This document shows, piece after piece, positions 1-9,738 of a stretch of 56,442 bases of DNA (positions are counted from its first letter, which is position 1; each line of letters starts with the position of its first letter). Location of the stretch: contig CBFHTW010000001.1 in the NCBI GenBank assembly GCA_965659025.1, positions 1 through 56,442 of the forward strand. Direction: 5' to 3'. The stretch is from Minisyncoccia bacterium. GTDB lineage: Bacteria; Patescibacteriota; Minisyncoccia; Phycocordibacterales; UBA2100. Position numbers and translations under genes: made by a program. The notes under the pieces are model-generated. The model was not told the DNA's origin. It did not search any database and saw nothing but the letters and a program-made list of their open reading frames with translations.

Positions 1-54
1 ATGTCCAAACCCCCGGTCCCGATCGGGTACTGGGGATTACTCTTCCACTGACGA

Positions 55-2667
55 CTACGCAGAACGTTTTGCCTTTTTAAGCGCCCGTTTGAGGTAGTAC
101 CCAGTATGCGAGCCTTCGGCGCGGGAGATATCTTCTGGAGTACCCTTTGCCACGATGCTTCCGCCACCAGAGCCTCCTTCCGGACCCATGTCTATAATCC
201 AATCGGCACATTTGAGCACGTCAAGATTATGCTCAATCACGATGACCGTGTTGCCGTGATCTACAAGCTTCTGAAGTATATGGATGAGTTTATCCACATC
301 GTCGTAGTGAAGTCCCACAGTAGGTTCATCCAAAAGATATACCGTTTTACTCTGGTGCGGACGATACAGTTCACTCGCAATCTTCACGCGTTGGGCCTCG
401 CCGCCAGAGAGCGTCGTCGCGCTTTGTCCGAGTTCAAGGTACCCAAGGCCAACATCATCAAGGGTCTTGAGGCGATCGTAAATGGAGGGGATGTCCTCAA
501 AGAAACGAATACCCTCTTCCACTGTCATGCTAAGAATGTCATGAATATTCTTTTTCTTGTAGGTTACGTCTAGCGTCTCTTTCATAAAACGTTTGCCGTT
601 GCACACGTCGCAGGTTACATACACTGTCGGCAAGAAGTGCATCTCCACAGCCACAAGCCCGTTGCCTTGGCAGGCCTCACAGCGTCCACCCTTTACGTTG
701 AAGCTAAAACGTCCCGGCCCCCAGCCGCGAGCACGCGCCTCATCGCTCATAGCGAAGAGATCACGGATGTGCGTCCATGCGCCGGTGTATGTGGCGGGGT
801 TTGAGCGCGGCGTGCGGCCGATCGGCGATTGATCTATAAGTATTGCTCTGCCAAGTCCTTCAGTGCCAGAAAATTCATCGCAGTTATATGTCTTCGCACT
901 GCGGTACCGAGCGTCAAATCGCGCCTGCAGGTTGCGATGGATGATTTCATACAGAAACGTGGATTTACCGGAGCCAGACACGCCGGATATAACTACCAAT
1001 TTACCCAGTGGGATGTCAGCGTGCTGCTTTTTGATATTAAATTTGGACGCGCCGCGAATCTTGATAGCACCTTTGTTTGCCGTGCGCCGTCTTTCGGGCA
1101 ATTCTATGCGCGCTTCATCGCGCAGATAGCTCAGAGTGCGCGAGCCGCTTGTGTTGCGCTTTGCGGTGAGTAAATCCTCCAGGTAGCCCGAGACAACAAT
1201 GTTCCCTCCGTGCACGCCTGCGCCTGGCCCGATGTCTACAATGTAATCGGACGCAAAGATAGTGTCTTCATCGTGTTCCACCACAAGCACCGTGTTGCCG
1301 AGACTCCGCAGGTGTTTGAGTGTCGCAATAAGTTTGTCGTTGTCGCGCTGGTGCAGGCCGATAGTCGGTTCATCCAGCACATACAACGCCCCCACGAGTC
1401 CGCTTCCTAGTTGCGACGCAAGTCGGATGCGCTGGGCCTCGCCGCCGGAAAGTGTGTTTGCCGTGCGGTTGAGGGTGAGGTATTCAATCCCCACGTCCAA
1501 CATAAAGGTGAGGCGGTTGGTGATTTCTTTGATCACCACCCGGGAGATTTCTTCTTCCTTTTTTGTAAGTTTCAGAGACGCAAAAAACGCCGCCGCCTCC
1601 TCTATGGAAAGTGAGGCCACCTCTACGATATTGAGTCCTTTCTTTTCACCTTTGCCGCCAAGAAACACATGCAGAGCCTCAGGCCGCAGGCGCGCGCCCT
1701 GACACACTTCACATACCTCGTCGGAGAAGAGATACTTCGTGCCGAGCCCTTTACACTCCGGACACGCGCCATAAGGAGAATTGAATGAGAACAGGCGTGG
1801 TTCCACCTCTGGGAAAGAGAACCCATCATGCGGGCACATAAACTTGGCCGATACGATGTGGGCCACGCCTGAAGCATCTGTTATTCTCACGAGCCCGTCG
1901 CTCTCATGAAGCGCTCTTTCAATCGCCTCGCTCGCGCGCTCGCGCGTGGCCTTCGGATCATCAACGAATTCCGAGACAAACAATTCGTCCACCACGATAT
2001 CAATGTCGTGCTTGATATTCTTTTCCAAGATAATTCTCTCTCGGAGCGAGCGTACCGCACCATCTATGACGGCCTTCTCAAATCCTTTGCCAAGCATGTC
2101 GTAGAGCATTTGGTAATACTCACCCTTGCGTCCCACCACTAGCGGCGCGGCAATCCTCACCATCGCCTGCGAGACACCACTCGTGAGCGCGCGTTTTGCT
2201 TGCGTAGTGTGAGATCCACTTTTGCGCGCCTCTTCCACAATACGCAACACTGTGTCTAAAATTTCATCGTTGGAGAGCTTCCTCACCTCACGGCCACAAG
2301 TGAGACAGTGGGGTTTGCCGATGCGTGCGTACAAGACGCGCAGGTAATCGTATATTTCGGTGATGGTGGCGACGGTGGAACGCGGATTGTTGGAGCGGCT
2401 CTTTTGATCTATAGAAATTGCCGGAGAGAGCCCACTGATTTCGTCCACATCGGGCTTCTGCATTTGCCGGAGAAATTGGCGGGCGTATGCGGAAAGCGAT
2501 TCCACATACTTGCGCTGTCCTTCGGCGAAGATAGTATCAAACGCCAACGACGATTTGCCACTGCCGGAGAGTCCGGTGCACACGATCATTTTGCCGCGCG
2601 GCATCTCCACGTGTACATTTTTCAGATTATGGGTCCTCGCCCCCTTTATGATGATTTTGTCTTCCAT
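55..2667 (-). CDS. uvrA: Excinuclease ABC subunit A (UvrA)
   Basis: 870-aa ORF. N-terminus [11 protein letters not shown]...[35 protein letters not shown]. Second ABC module GVSGSGKST, two LSGGEAQR signatures and CxxC zinc modules. Confidence 0.95.
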   Translation of the reverse strand: MEDKIIIKGARTHNLKNVHVEMPRGKMIVCTGLSGSGKSSLAFDTIFAEGQRKYVESLSAYARQFLRQMQKPDVDEISGLSPAISIDQKSRSNNPRSTVATITEIYDYLRVLYARIGKPHCLTCGREVRKLSNDEILDTVLRIVEEARKSGSHTTQAKRALTSGVSQAMVRIAAPLVVGRKGEYYQMLYDMLGKGFEKAVIDGAVRSLRERIILEKNIKHDIDIVVDELFVSEFVDDPKATRERASEAIERALHESDGLVRITDASGVAHIVSAKFMCPHDGFSFPEVEPRLFSFNSPYGACPECKGLGTKYLFSDEVCEVCQGARLRPEALHVFLGGKGEKKGLNIVEVASLSIEEAAAFFASLKLTKKEEEISRVVIKEITNRLTFMLDVGIEYLTLNRTANTLSGGEAQRIRLASQLGSGLVGALYVLDEPTIGLHQRDNDKLIATLKHLRSLGNTVLVVEHDEDTIFASDYIVDIGPGAGVHGGNIVVSGYLEDLLTAKRNTSGSRTLSYLRDEARIELPERRRTANKGAIKIRGASKFNIKKQHADIPLGKLVVISGVSGSGKSTFLYEIIHRNLQARFDARYRSAKTYNCDEFSGTEGLGRAILIDQSPIGRTPRSNPATYTGAWTHIRDLFAMSDEARARGWGPGRFSFNVKGGRCEACQGNGLVAVEMHFLPTVYVTCDVCNGKRFMKETLDVTYKKKNIHDILSMTVEEGIRFFEDIPSIYDRLKTLDDVGLGYLELGQSATTLSGGEAQRVKIASELYRPHQSKTVYLLDEPTVGLHYDDVDKLIHILQKLVDHGNTVIVIEHNLDVLKCADWIIDMGPEGGSGGGSIVAKGTPEDISRAEGSHTGYYLKRALKKAKRSA

Positions 2668-2727
2668 ACAAATCCGTCCCCGCGCTGGCGCGTGGGGTAG
2701 GTATAGAGGACTATAACAGAACGATGT

Positions 2728-3651
2728 TTAGAGCACCACCACCTCTTCTTGCAGTTCAATCCCGAATTGCTCCAAGACAGCCTGTCGCACCCTCCTTGCG
2801 AGTTCTCGCACATCCTTTGATGTGGCGGTACCCATATTCACCAAGTAATTCGGATGTTGCTCACTCGCTTGTGCGTCACCTACGATCGCACCCTTCATAC
2901 CCGCCTTCTCAATAAGCCAACCGGCGGGAACCCTACCCTCGCGGGCAAATAACCCCTTTTCGCGTTTAAAAATCTCTTGTATTTCCTTTGGTACAACAGG
3001 ATTCATGAAGTAGGAGCCGGCCGCCCGCACATTCTGTAGATGCCGCTTCTCGCGCTCTGCGATAGTCTTTGTAATAAGACGTTCACTCTCAGCGCGGGCA
3101 GTTTGCTTTAGCTTTATATACACACGCGTAATCATCCATCCAAAGTTTTGTTTAAAGAAGCTTTGTCTATATGCAAATGTACATTCGGTATTTCCAAACT
3201 CGCATATTTCTCCTGTATAGATGTTGAGCGCACGTATGCGCGTAATTACATCTTTCATTTCCATCCCAAAGGCCCCGGCATTACCACGAGCCGCACCGCC
3301 GACGGTACCAGGAATGCCAGAAAGCTTTTCCCAACCACCGAGTTCTTGTTTCGCGGTATCGCGGATAAGCGAAAGCAGATTACAGCCTGCGTCGGCCGAG
3401 AGTTCCGTCCCCGCAAATGAGTGTGTACCATCAACAAGACGAATCACCATTGCATCTAGACCTTCATCCGGCACAAGCACATTACTTCCGCCCGCAAGAA
3501 TGATGAACGGTACATCTTTATCCTTGGCAAACTTGAGGGCCTCCAGAATATTGTCTTCCGTTTTGACTTCTGCAAAATATCGGGCCGGGCCGCCGATCTT
3601 GAATGTAGTCAGCGGCGCAAGTGCAACGTGTTCCTGGACAAAAAGCGTCAT
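2728..3651 (-). CDS. murB: UDP-N-acetylenolpyruvoylglucosamine reductase (MurB)
   Basis: 307 aa. LAPLTTFKIGGPARYF...ILAGGSNVLV FAD-binding N-terminus typical of MurB. The ATG overlaps the uvrB stop (ATGA). Confidence 0.9.
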   Translation of the reverse strand: MTLFVQEHVALAPLTTFKIGGPARYFAEVKTEDNILEALKFAKDKDVPFIILAGGSNVLVPDEGLDAMVIRLVDGTHSFAGTELSADAGCNLLSLIRDTAKQELGGWEKLSGIPGTVGGAARGNAGAFGMEMKDVITRIRALNIYTGEICEFGNTECTFAYRQSFFKQNFGWMITRVYIKLKQTARAESERLITKTIAEREKRHLQNVRAAGSYFMNPVVPKEIQEIFKREKGLFAREGRVPAGWLIEKAGMKGAIVGDAQASEQHPNYLVNMGTATSKDVRELARRVRQAVLEQFGIELQEEVVVL

Positions 3652-5690
3652 GCCTGTTTTTTCTTTGTAGCATGCTCCTGGACCATGCTTTCTTCAAGTT
3701 TACGAATTTCGTCGCGCAGGATGGCCGCGGTCTCAAAGTCCAGTTCATCTGCGGCGGCGTGCATTTCTCGCCGCTTCTGTGCGATGACTTTCTTTACATC
3801 GCCGCCAAAAGCGGCGGTATCGTCGCGCACCAGCCGAGACACCGCGCGCTCGCGCGCTCTCTGAATATCCCCGACAATGTCGTGAATTTTCTTCTTGATG
3901 GTCTGCGGAGTAATGCCATGCTCCGTGTTATAGGCCATTTGAATGGTGCGGCGGCGGTTGGTTTCTGCAATTGCTCGCTCAAGCGAGCCTGTCATGGTGT
4001 CGGCATACACCACGACCCGCCCAAGCACATTGCGCGCCGCGCGACCGATAGTCTGGATGAGCGATGTCTCACTGCGCAAAAATCCTTCCTTGTCCGCGTC
4101 CAGAATGCCCACAAGCTCAACTTCGGGCAAGTCCAGCCCCTCGCGCAGAAGGTTGACCCCCACAAGCACGTCAAACGCCCCACGACGAAATTCCGTGAGA
4201 ATCTCTATGCGCTCTATGGTCTTTATGTCGCTGTGAATGTACCTGGCGCGCACCTGCCTTTCTTTGAGAAATTCTGCAAGGTCCTCCGCCATTTTCTTGG
4301 TGAGCACCGTCACGAGTGAGCGGCCGCCGCGCTTCGTTACCATCTCGGCTTCTTTGATAAAGTCGCGCACCTGCCCTTCATATGAGTCGCTAGAGACAAC
4401 ATGGCGCACCAAAATCTCCGGATCAATGAGCCCCGTCGGTCTAATCACTTGTTCTATCGGAATGCCGCTGTGTTCTAGCTCATACCGGCCCGGTGTTGCG
4501 GAGGTGTATATGACAGGACCCACACGCGCTTCAAATTCCGCAAACATGAGCGGTCTGTTGTCTACCGCGCTCGGCAAGCGAAACCCGTGCTCCACAAGCA
4601 CGTTTTTGCGCGACCTGTCTCCGGCATACATTGCTCCGATCTGCGAAACCGTCACATGGGACTCATCAATCACGGTAAGAAAATCCGGCTTTCCATCTGC
4701 AGTATGTGGAAAATAATCTAAAAGCGAATACGGCGGTTCGCCGCTTTTGCGGCGGTCAAAGTGGCGAGAGTAATTTTCAATGCCGTTGCAGTATCCAAAC
4801 TCGCGAATCATGGAGATGTCCTGCCTCGTACGGCGCTTCAACCGCTCGGCTTCAAGAATTTTTCCGGATGCCTCAAACTCCTTAAGTTGCTGTTTTAATT
4901 CGGCCTCAATGTCAGAGAGTGCGGCTTCTTGTACCTCCTTCGGCGCCACATAATGCCGCGCGGGAAAAATAAACAACGTATCGCGAGTGGCCTTGATTTC
5001 GCGAGTCACATCGTCCAGCTCTTCTATCTTTGAGATATTTCCACCGGAGAGATCCACGCGATAAATCGCGCGCTCGTTGGCGGGCATGATCTCCACGCTA
5101 CCGCCAAGAGCGCGAAACGTACCCGGGCGTAAATCACCGGCCACTCTCTTGAACTGCATGGAAACAAGCCGACGCGTGATCGCGGCGCGGGTCATCACTT
5201 CTCCGCGCGTAAGTTTGAGATTTATCTTCTCGTATTCCGTGGGAGAGCCAAGCCCGTAAATGCATGAGACCGATGCGACGATGATGACGTCACCGCGCGT
5301 GAGGAGCGCCTGCGTAGCGGCATGCCGCAGGCGTTCAATGTCTTCATTGATCATCGCCTCCTTTTCTATAAACGTATCCGTAATCGGCACATAGGCCTCC
5401 GGCTGATAGTAGTCGTAGTATGAGACAAAATAGTGGACTGCCGCATCCGGAAAAAACTCTCTGTATTCCGCCGCAAGCTGTGCGGCGAGGGTTTTGTTGT
5501 GTGCGATGACAAGCGTCGGCTTGCCTGTCTGTGCAATGACATTTGCGATGGTAAACGTCTTACCTGAGCCTGTTACCCCAAGAAGCGTCTGATCGCGTTT
5601 GCCTGCGCGCAATCCAGAGACCAGCGAGTCAATCGCTTTCGGCTGATCGCCCGCCGGGGCATATCCAGAGGTAAGCGTAAACGTGGCCAT
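3648..5690 (-). CDS. uvrB: Excinuclease ABC subunit B (UvrB)
   Basis: The ORF-track start at 5735 is TTG. The ATG at 5690 gives MATFTLTSGYAPAGDQPKAI...LLGVTGSGKTFT, matching the canonical UvrB N-terminus. Also has YYDYYQPEAY and a C-terminal UVR motif (ELDFETAAILRDEI). Confidence 0.93.
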   Translation of the reverse strand: MATFTLTSGYAPAGDQPKAIDSLVSGLRAGKRDQTLLGVTGSGKTFTIANVIAQTGKPTLVIAHNKTLAAQLAAEYREFFPDAAVHYFVSYYDYYQPEAYVPITDTFIEKEAMINEDIERLRHAATQALLTRGDVIIVASVSCIYGLGSPTEYEKINLKLTRGEVMTRAAITRRLVSMQFKRVAGDLRPGTFRALGGSVEIMPANERAIYRVDLSGGNISKIEELDDVTREIKATRDTLFIFPARHYVAPKEVQEAALSDIEAELKQQLKEFEASGKILEAERLKRRTRQDISMIREFGYCNGIENYSRHFDRRKSGEPPYSLLDYFPHTADGKPDFLTVIDESHVTVSQIGAMYAGDRSRKNVLVEHGFRLPSAVDNRPLMFAEFEARVGPVIYTSATPGRYELEHSGIPIEQVIRPTGLIDPEILVRHVVSSDSYEGQVRDFIKEAEMVTKRGGRSLVTVLTKKMAEDLAEFLKERQVRARYIHSDIKTIERIEILTEFRRGAFDVLVGVNLLREGLDLPEVELVGILDADKEGFLRSETSLIQTIGRAARNVLGRVVVYADTMTGSLERAIAETNRRRTIQMAYNTEHGITPQTIKKKIHDIVGDIQRARERAVSRLVRDDTAAFGGDVKKVIAQKRREMHAAADELDFETAAILRDEIRKLEESMVQEHATKKKQA

Positions 5691-5735
5691 GCCAGACACT
5701 CTAACAGGAACGTGCCTGACCTGCGAGATTTCCAA

Positions 5736-6992
5736 TTATTCCAGTGTGAGCACCGCAATAAAACGTTTTCCGCGTTTGAGAAGCGCTATGGGAGACGTCT
5801 GAAAATCTTCCTGCATCAATTCCCTGTTTGCGTCAGAGACTTTTGCGCCGTTTAGCGTAACCGCGCCATCGTCTATAAACTGACGCGCTTCGCGCTTTGA
5901 CGTGGCAAGAGCGGCGCGCACAAGCACGTCACTGAGCACCTCGCCGCGGCGCACAGCGCAAGAAGGCGCTTCGCGCGTAATGACGTCGCGCTCCGCCGGG
6001 CCAAGCGTCGCAAGATCCGCACTACCAAAGAGGGCTTCAGACACCTTCTCCACAGATACCGCGACGGATTCTCCGTGAACCAGCGCCGTCACTGTGCGCG
6101 CGAGAAGCCGTTGTGCCGCGCGCCTGCCTTTGTCTGTATTGTGCACCTCCATTGCCGATGCGATGTCCGATGCAGGGAGCGCGGTCATCTTGAGCAAATA
6201 TTCCTCCACTGCCTCGTCATCAGTATTGAGCCAAAACTGATAGAACTGAAATGGCGACGTCTTCTTCGCATCCAGCCATACCGCGCCGCCCTCGCTTTTG
6301 CCAAACTTCTTTCCTGTCGCGGCGTTGATGAGAAGTGGTAAAGAAAACGCGTACGCAACGCGGCCGGTCTTTCGTCGGATCAGATCAATGCCAGAGACCA
6401 TGTTGCCCCACTGGTCGGACGCCCCAATCTGCACATCGCACTGCTTTTCTTGATGCAGGTGCAGGAAATCGTACGCTTGCAAAAGCATGTAGGAAAATTC
6501 CGTATATGAGATACCCTGCTCCTGGTTTTGTAATCGTTCGCGCACCGAGTCGCGCTGGAGCATTGCATTCACAGAAAAATATTTTCCAACGTCGCGTAAA
6601 AACGATATGAGATCAAGTTTGCCAAGCCACTCTAAATTATTGACCATCGTGAATGATCCTCCGGCAAAGAGCGTCTGTGCTTGGGCCGAGACGGCCGCGG
6701 CGTTATTGGCGATTGTCTCCGCATCTAACAGATTTCTCTCTTCGCTCTTCCCGGAGGGGTCGCCAATCATCCCCGTACCGCCGCCCACAAGCAAAATGAC
6801 CGCGTGTCCATCTTCTGCAAAACGCCGCAAGACAAGCATCGCCTGCAAGTGCCCTACATGGAGAGAATCAGCCGAAGGATCAATGCCCAGGTACACGGTA
6901 CGCTTGGGACCGTCGGTTATCTCTTCAAGCGTCTCGCTTGAAAACTGATACACGTACCCGCGTTCGCGTAAGACTTCAGACAGCGTTTGCAT
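5736..6992 (-). CDS. tyrS: Tyrosine--tRNA ligase
   Basis: 418 aa. Class I HIGH-type motif (DSLHVGHL), KFGKS (KMSKS-type) motif and a C-terminal S4-like domain. Confidence 0.93.
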   Translation of the reverse strand: MQTLSEVLRERGYVYQFSSETLEEITDGPKRTVYLGIDPSADSLHVGHLQAMLVLRRFAEDGHAVILLVGGGTGMIGDPSGKSEERNLLDAETIANNAAAVSAQAQTLFAGGSFTMVNNLEWLGKLDLISFLRDVGKYFSVNAMLQRDSVRERLQNQEQGISYTEFSYMLLQAYDFLHLHQEKQCDVQIGASDQWGNMVSGIDLIRRKTGRVAYAFSLPLLINAATGKKFGKSEGGAVWLDAKKTSPFQFYQFWLNTDDEAVEEYLLKMTALPASDIASAMEVHNTDKGRRAAQRLLARTVTALVHGESVAVSVEKVSEALFGSADLATLGPAERDVITREAPSCAVRRGEVLSDVLVRAALATSKREARQFIDDGAVTLNGAKVSDANRELMQEDFQTSPIALLKRGKRFIAVLTLE

Positions 6993-6999
6993 GACGATA

Positions 7000-7764
7000 C
7001 TATACCATTTTGCGCGCCGAGAGCATCAAAAACAGGGGGAATTCTTTTCGCGCCTCGTCTTCTGCGTGGGCGCGCGGCCCTTTCTCGCTTTTCTTGTGTG
7101 AAATCCATTCTTCCAAAGCGGTTATTGCAAACCCTGCCTTTGCAAGCGCTTTACAATATACCTGAAGCGGCCGGTGGAAGGATGTGGTCGTGGGCGCGCC
7201 TGCGCGCGCACCCGGATTCATCTCTATGTCCGCACTGCTTTCAGACATGTATCCATCCAGGCGACGGTACTGAACCTTCCCCTCGTCATCCCAACCCCAT
7301 GAAGAGCGTTTTGGGATTCTAAGTACAGGATGATTGAGCACGATAAGAAAACGCCCGCCAGGGACAAGCACGCGCGCGGCCTCGCCTATCGCCTCCGCCA
7401 CGCGCGCAATGTTTTGGAGCGCAAGTACGCACACCACTGCATCAAACGATTTTTCTTCGTACGGAAGAGCGTCAGCACTCGCCACTTGAAACTCCACTTC
7501 GTTTCCGTCTTGTGTGTTCGCCTGTTCTATCATCTCCGGCGCGATGTCCACTCCGCATACTTGTGCGCCAGATTCCGCAATTGCCTGTGCAAAAAAACCA
7601 TTACCACAACCAACCTCCAGCACGCGCATGTCGGAAGTGGGCGCGAGTACGCGAAGCACATTCGGCAAAAGTACCTTCACATGATATGAATCTGGCGCAT
7701 GCACAAACGAGGCATCGTACACCTCGGCCACACGCCCCCATGATTCCTGCCGTCTCTTACTCAT
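7000..7764 (-). CDS. Class I SAM-dependent methyltransferase (Methyltransf_11-like)
   Basis: VLEVGCGNGFFAQAI...GVDIAPEMIEQA SAM-binding motif. Start moved to the ATG at 7764 (MSKRRQESW), which overlaps the upstream stop by 8 nt (ATGAGTAA). The longer ORF-track N-terminus overlaps the neighbouring gene. Confidence 0.8.
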   Translation of the reverse strand: MSKRRQESWGRVAEVYDASFVHAPDSYHVKVLLPNVLRVLAPTSDMRVLEVGCGNGFFAQAIAESGAQVCGVDIAPEMIEQANTQDGNEVEFQVASADALPYEEKSFDAVVCVLALQNIARVAEAIGEAARVLVPGGRFLIVLNHPVLRIPKRSSWGWDDEGKVQYRRLDGYMSESSADIEMNPGARAGAPTTTSFHRPLQVYCKALAKAGFAITALEEWISHKKSEKGPRAHAEDEARKEFPLFLMLSARKMV

Positions 7765-8173
7765 AGGATTCTCTAAAATCTCCAATGCCCTTTTCTTCCT
7801 CTTTCGCACGCACGCCTTCTTCGTCAAGTCCGAGATAGTGTCCCACCTCGTGCCACACGGTATCCGCGACGATGGTGCGTATCTTTTCCACATCCCCGTC
7901 CGCGGCCTCCTCAATGGGCTGTTTAAAGAGAGTGATGGAATCAGGAAGCGGCATACCCACGCCATACGCTTCTCCGCGCGCCGTCAAAGGAATGCCTCGG
8001 TACAACCCGAGCAATGTCTCACCAGAATCCGGATCTATACCCTGCTCTTTGAGATCCTCTCTACCCGGCCTATCTTCAATCAGAATAGCGACATTGTTGA
8101 TGCGTTCGCGCACCCAGCTTGGCAGACGCTCGTACCCCTCCTCTACCAACTTCTCAAACTCTTCCGTAGGCAT
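7757..8173 (-). CDS. Zincin-like metallopeptidase family protein (HExxH, Zincin_1/DUF1025-like)
   Basis: 138 aa with a HEVGH motif near the C-terminus and an acidic N-terminal half. Resembles small possible-zinc-metallopeptidase proteins. Confidence 0.7.
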   Translation of the reverse strand: MPTEEFEKLVEEGYERLPSWVRERINNVAILIEDRPGREDLKEQGIDPDSGETLLGLYRGIPLTARGEAYGVGMPLPDSITLFKQPIEEAADGDVEKIRTIVADTVWHEVGHYLGLDEEGVRAKEEEKGIGDFRESYE

Positions 8174-8237
8174 GAAGCTATCCTACGTCTTTTTTCCGCA
8201 ATCCGCACGCCCGCGGCATCTGTGCTTAAATGGATAC

Positions 8238-8804
8238 ATGCGCACCGATGATGAGCTTATTGTTGCGATACGACACGGGGAAACCGCCGCTCTTGAGGAA
8301 TTGGTACAACGGCACATAGACTCCGTGTATCGTGTGGCCTTGCGAGTTACGGGCAATCGCGACGACGCCGAAGATGTGGCGCAACATGCGTTTGTGAATG
8401 CATGGAAGGCAATCGGCTCATTTCGCCTTGGAGAAAATTTCCGAGTATGGATTGCTCAAATCACTCGCAACGCGGCCATAGACAGTCTTCGCAAAAAGCG
8501 GGACGTGCCGCTTTCATCTTTTACCCAGGGCGATGATGAGGCGGAGCCGTTTGCGATCGTTGACGACGCACCATCCCCGGAAGAACACGCGGTGCAGTAT
8601 GAGTCGCAACGACACGTGCAGAAATTGCTTTCAATACTGCCGAAAGACGATCAAGAAATACTCCTTTTGCACTACAGCGATGGGCTGACATTTCGCGAGA
8701 TAGGTGAGGTACTTGGCGCGCCTCTACATACCGTCAAGAGCCGACACCGACGGGCACTCAAACGCATGCAGGAAGAATGGGAGCGGACACATGCACCAAA
8801 ATAA
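8238..8804 (+). CDS. ECF-type RNA polymerase sigma-70 family factor
   Basis: Start set at the ATG at 8238 (MRTDDELIVAI...). Region 2 (DAEDVAQHAFVNAWK) and region 4 HTH (LTFREIGEVLGAPLHTVKSRHRRALKRM). The upstream part of the 310-aa ORF is antisense to the neighbouring gene. Confidence 0.85.
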   Translation: MRTDDELIVAIRHGETAALEELVQRHIDSVYRVALRVTGNRDDAEDVAQHAFVNAWKAIGSFRLGENFRVWIAQITRNAAIDSLRKKRDVPLSSFTQGDDEAEPFAIVDDAPSPEEHAVQYESQRHVQKLLSILPKDDQEILLLHYSDGLTFREIGEVLGAPLHTVKSRHRRALKRMQEEWERTHAPK

Positions 8805-9246
8805 GCTTCTGATACGTACAACGCATATGACCGAGCATATAGAACATCTCCTGCGAAATATTGCCGCCCCACACGCTTCGGAGGGTCTCTCGGCGCGCAT
8901 CATACGCACCCTCATTGCCCTAGAAAGACGACGTGCACGAGCTCGCGCATGGCTGGCGCTCTCTGCAACAACACTGTGTCTCGGGGTGGGTATTCCTGCC
9001 CTGCAGTTACTCATCACCGACGTGTCCGCTTCTGGTCTTGCCACATATCTCTCACTGGCTATGTCAGATACACAGGCTATTGCTTCATCGTGGTATGCAT
9101 TCTTTCAGCTCGTAGCAGAAACTCTTCCCCTTTTGGACATCGCGGCCGCAACCGCCGCACTCTTCGCACTTGTACTGCTCGTACCAGTCACTTTCCGCAA
9201 TGTTCGCACGGGATATCTCTCTCCACTGCCACGCGCCGCATCCTAA
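8791..9246 (+). CDS. Putative membrane anti-sigma factor
   Basis: Overlaps the sigma gene end by 14 nt. Two or more predicted TM helices (WLALSATTLCLGVGIPALQLL; AAATAALFALVLLVPV). The call rests on position only. An alternative start is 8827. Confidence 0.4.
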   Translation: MHQNKLLIRTTHMTEHIEHLLRNIAAPHASEGLSARIIRTLIALERRRARARAWLALSATTLCLGVGIPALQLLITDVSASGLATYLSLAMSDTQAIASSWYAFFQLVAETLPLLDIAAATAALFALVLLVPVTFRNVRTGYLSPLPRAAS

Positions 9247-9255
9247 TCCACACAT

Positions 9256-9738
9256 ATGAACACAAAAATCTACACGACACTTATTGGCTCCAAGAAGGCG
9301 CACGTTGCGCTCATCACGCTCGGAACGGTATTTGTGCTTGTGGTTGTGTTTCAGGCAGGGGTAAGCGTTGGCTACCAGCAAGCCTCTTTTGCGTACAAAT
9401 CCGGAGACAACTATTACAAAGTGTTTGGCGTGGACGAACGTCGTGCCCCCAAAACCCCTGGCATGATGCAGATGATGCAAGGACGCATGCCGGCATCCCA
9501 CGGAGCGCTCGGAAGTATCGTGCAAATTACCCTCCCCACGCTCGTAGTTGCGAGCGAAGACGGCACAGAAAAGGTGGTGCGACTGCAAAATTCCACTCTG
9601 GTGCGCGAAGGACGCAACACGCTAAAACCATCCGATCTGAAGATTGGTGATTTTGTGGTGATTGTCGGAGAGCCGAATGCCGAAGCGGAGATAGACGCAC
9701 GCTTCGTGCGCATCATGCCAAAGCCGGTGCAGAATTAG
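9256..9738 (+). CDS. Hypothetical membrane-anchored protein
   Basis: 160 aa with an N-terminal TM helix (VALITLGTVFVLVVVF) and a beta-rich C-terminal part. Third gene of the sigma cluster. Confidence 0.55.
   Translation: MNTKIYTTLIGSKKAHVALITLGTVFVLVVVFQAGVSVGYQQASFAYKSGDNYYKVFGVDERRAPKTPGMMQMMQGRMPASHGALGSIVQITLPTLVVASEDGTEKVVRLQNSTLVREGRNTLKPSDLKIGDFVVIVGEPNAEAEIDARFVRIMPKPVQN

Noticed and set aside
3621-4319. 232-aa plus-strand ORF
   Set aside because: It is antisense to uvrB, which has unambiguous homology across this region.
5691-5735. N-terminal extensions in the ORF track (uvrB 5735, nusB 17035, rpmF 17389, rnhB 18009, serS 47766, topA 48634, parB 53636, thrS 22144, lytic transglycosylase 43576 and others)
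   Set aside because: The extended starts I checked (uvrB, nusB, rpmF, topA, thrS, lytic transglycosylase) use TTG or GTG. The added residues have no homology and often overlap neighbouring genes or tRNAs. Internal ATGs reproduce canonical N-termini.
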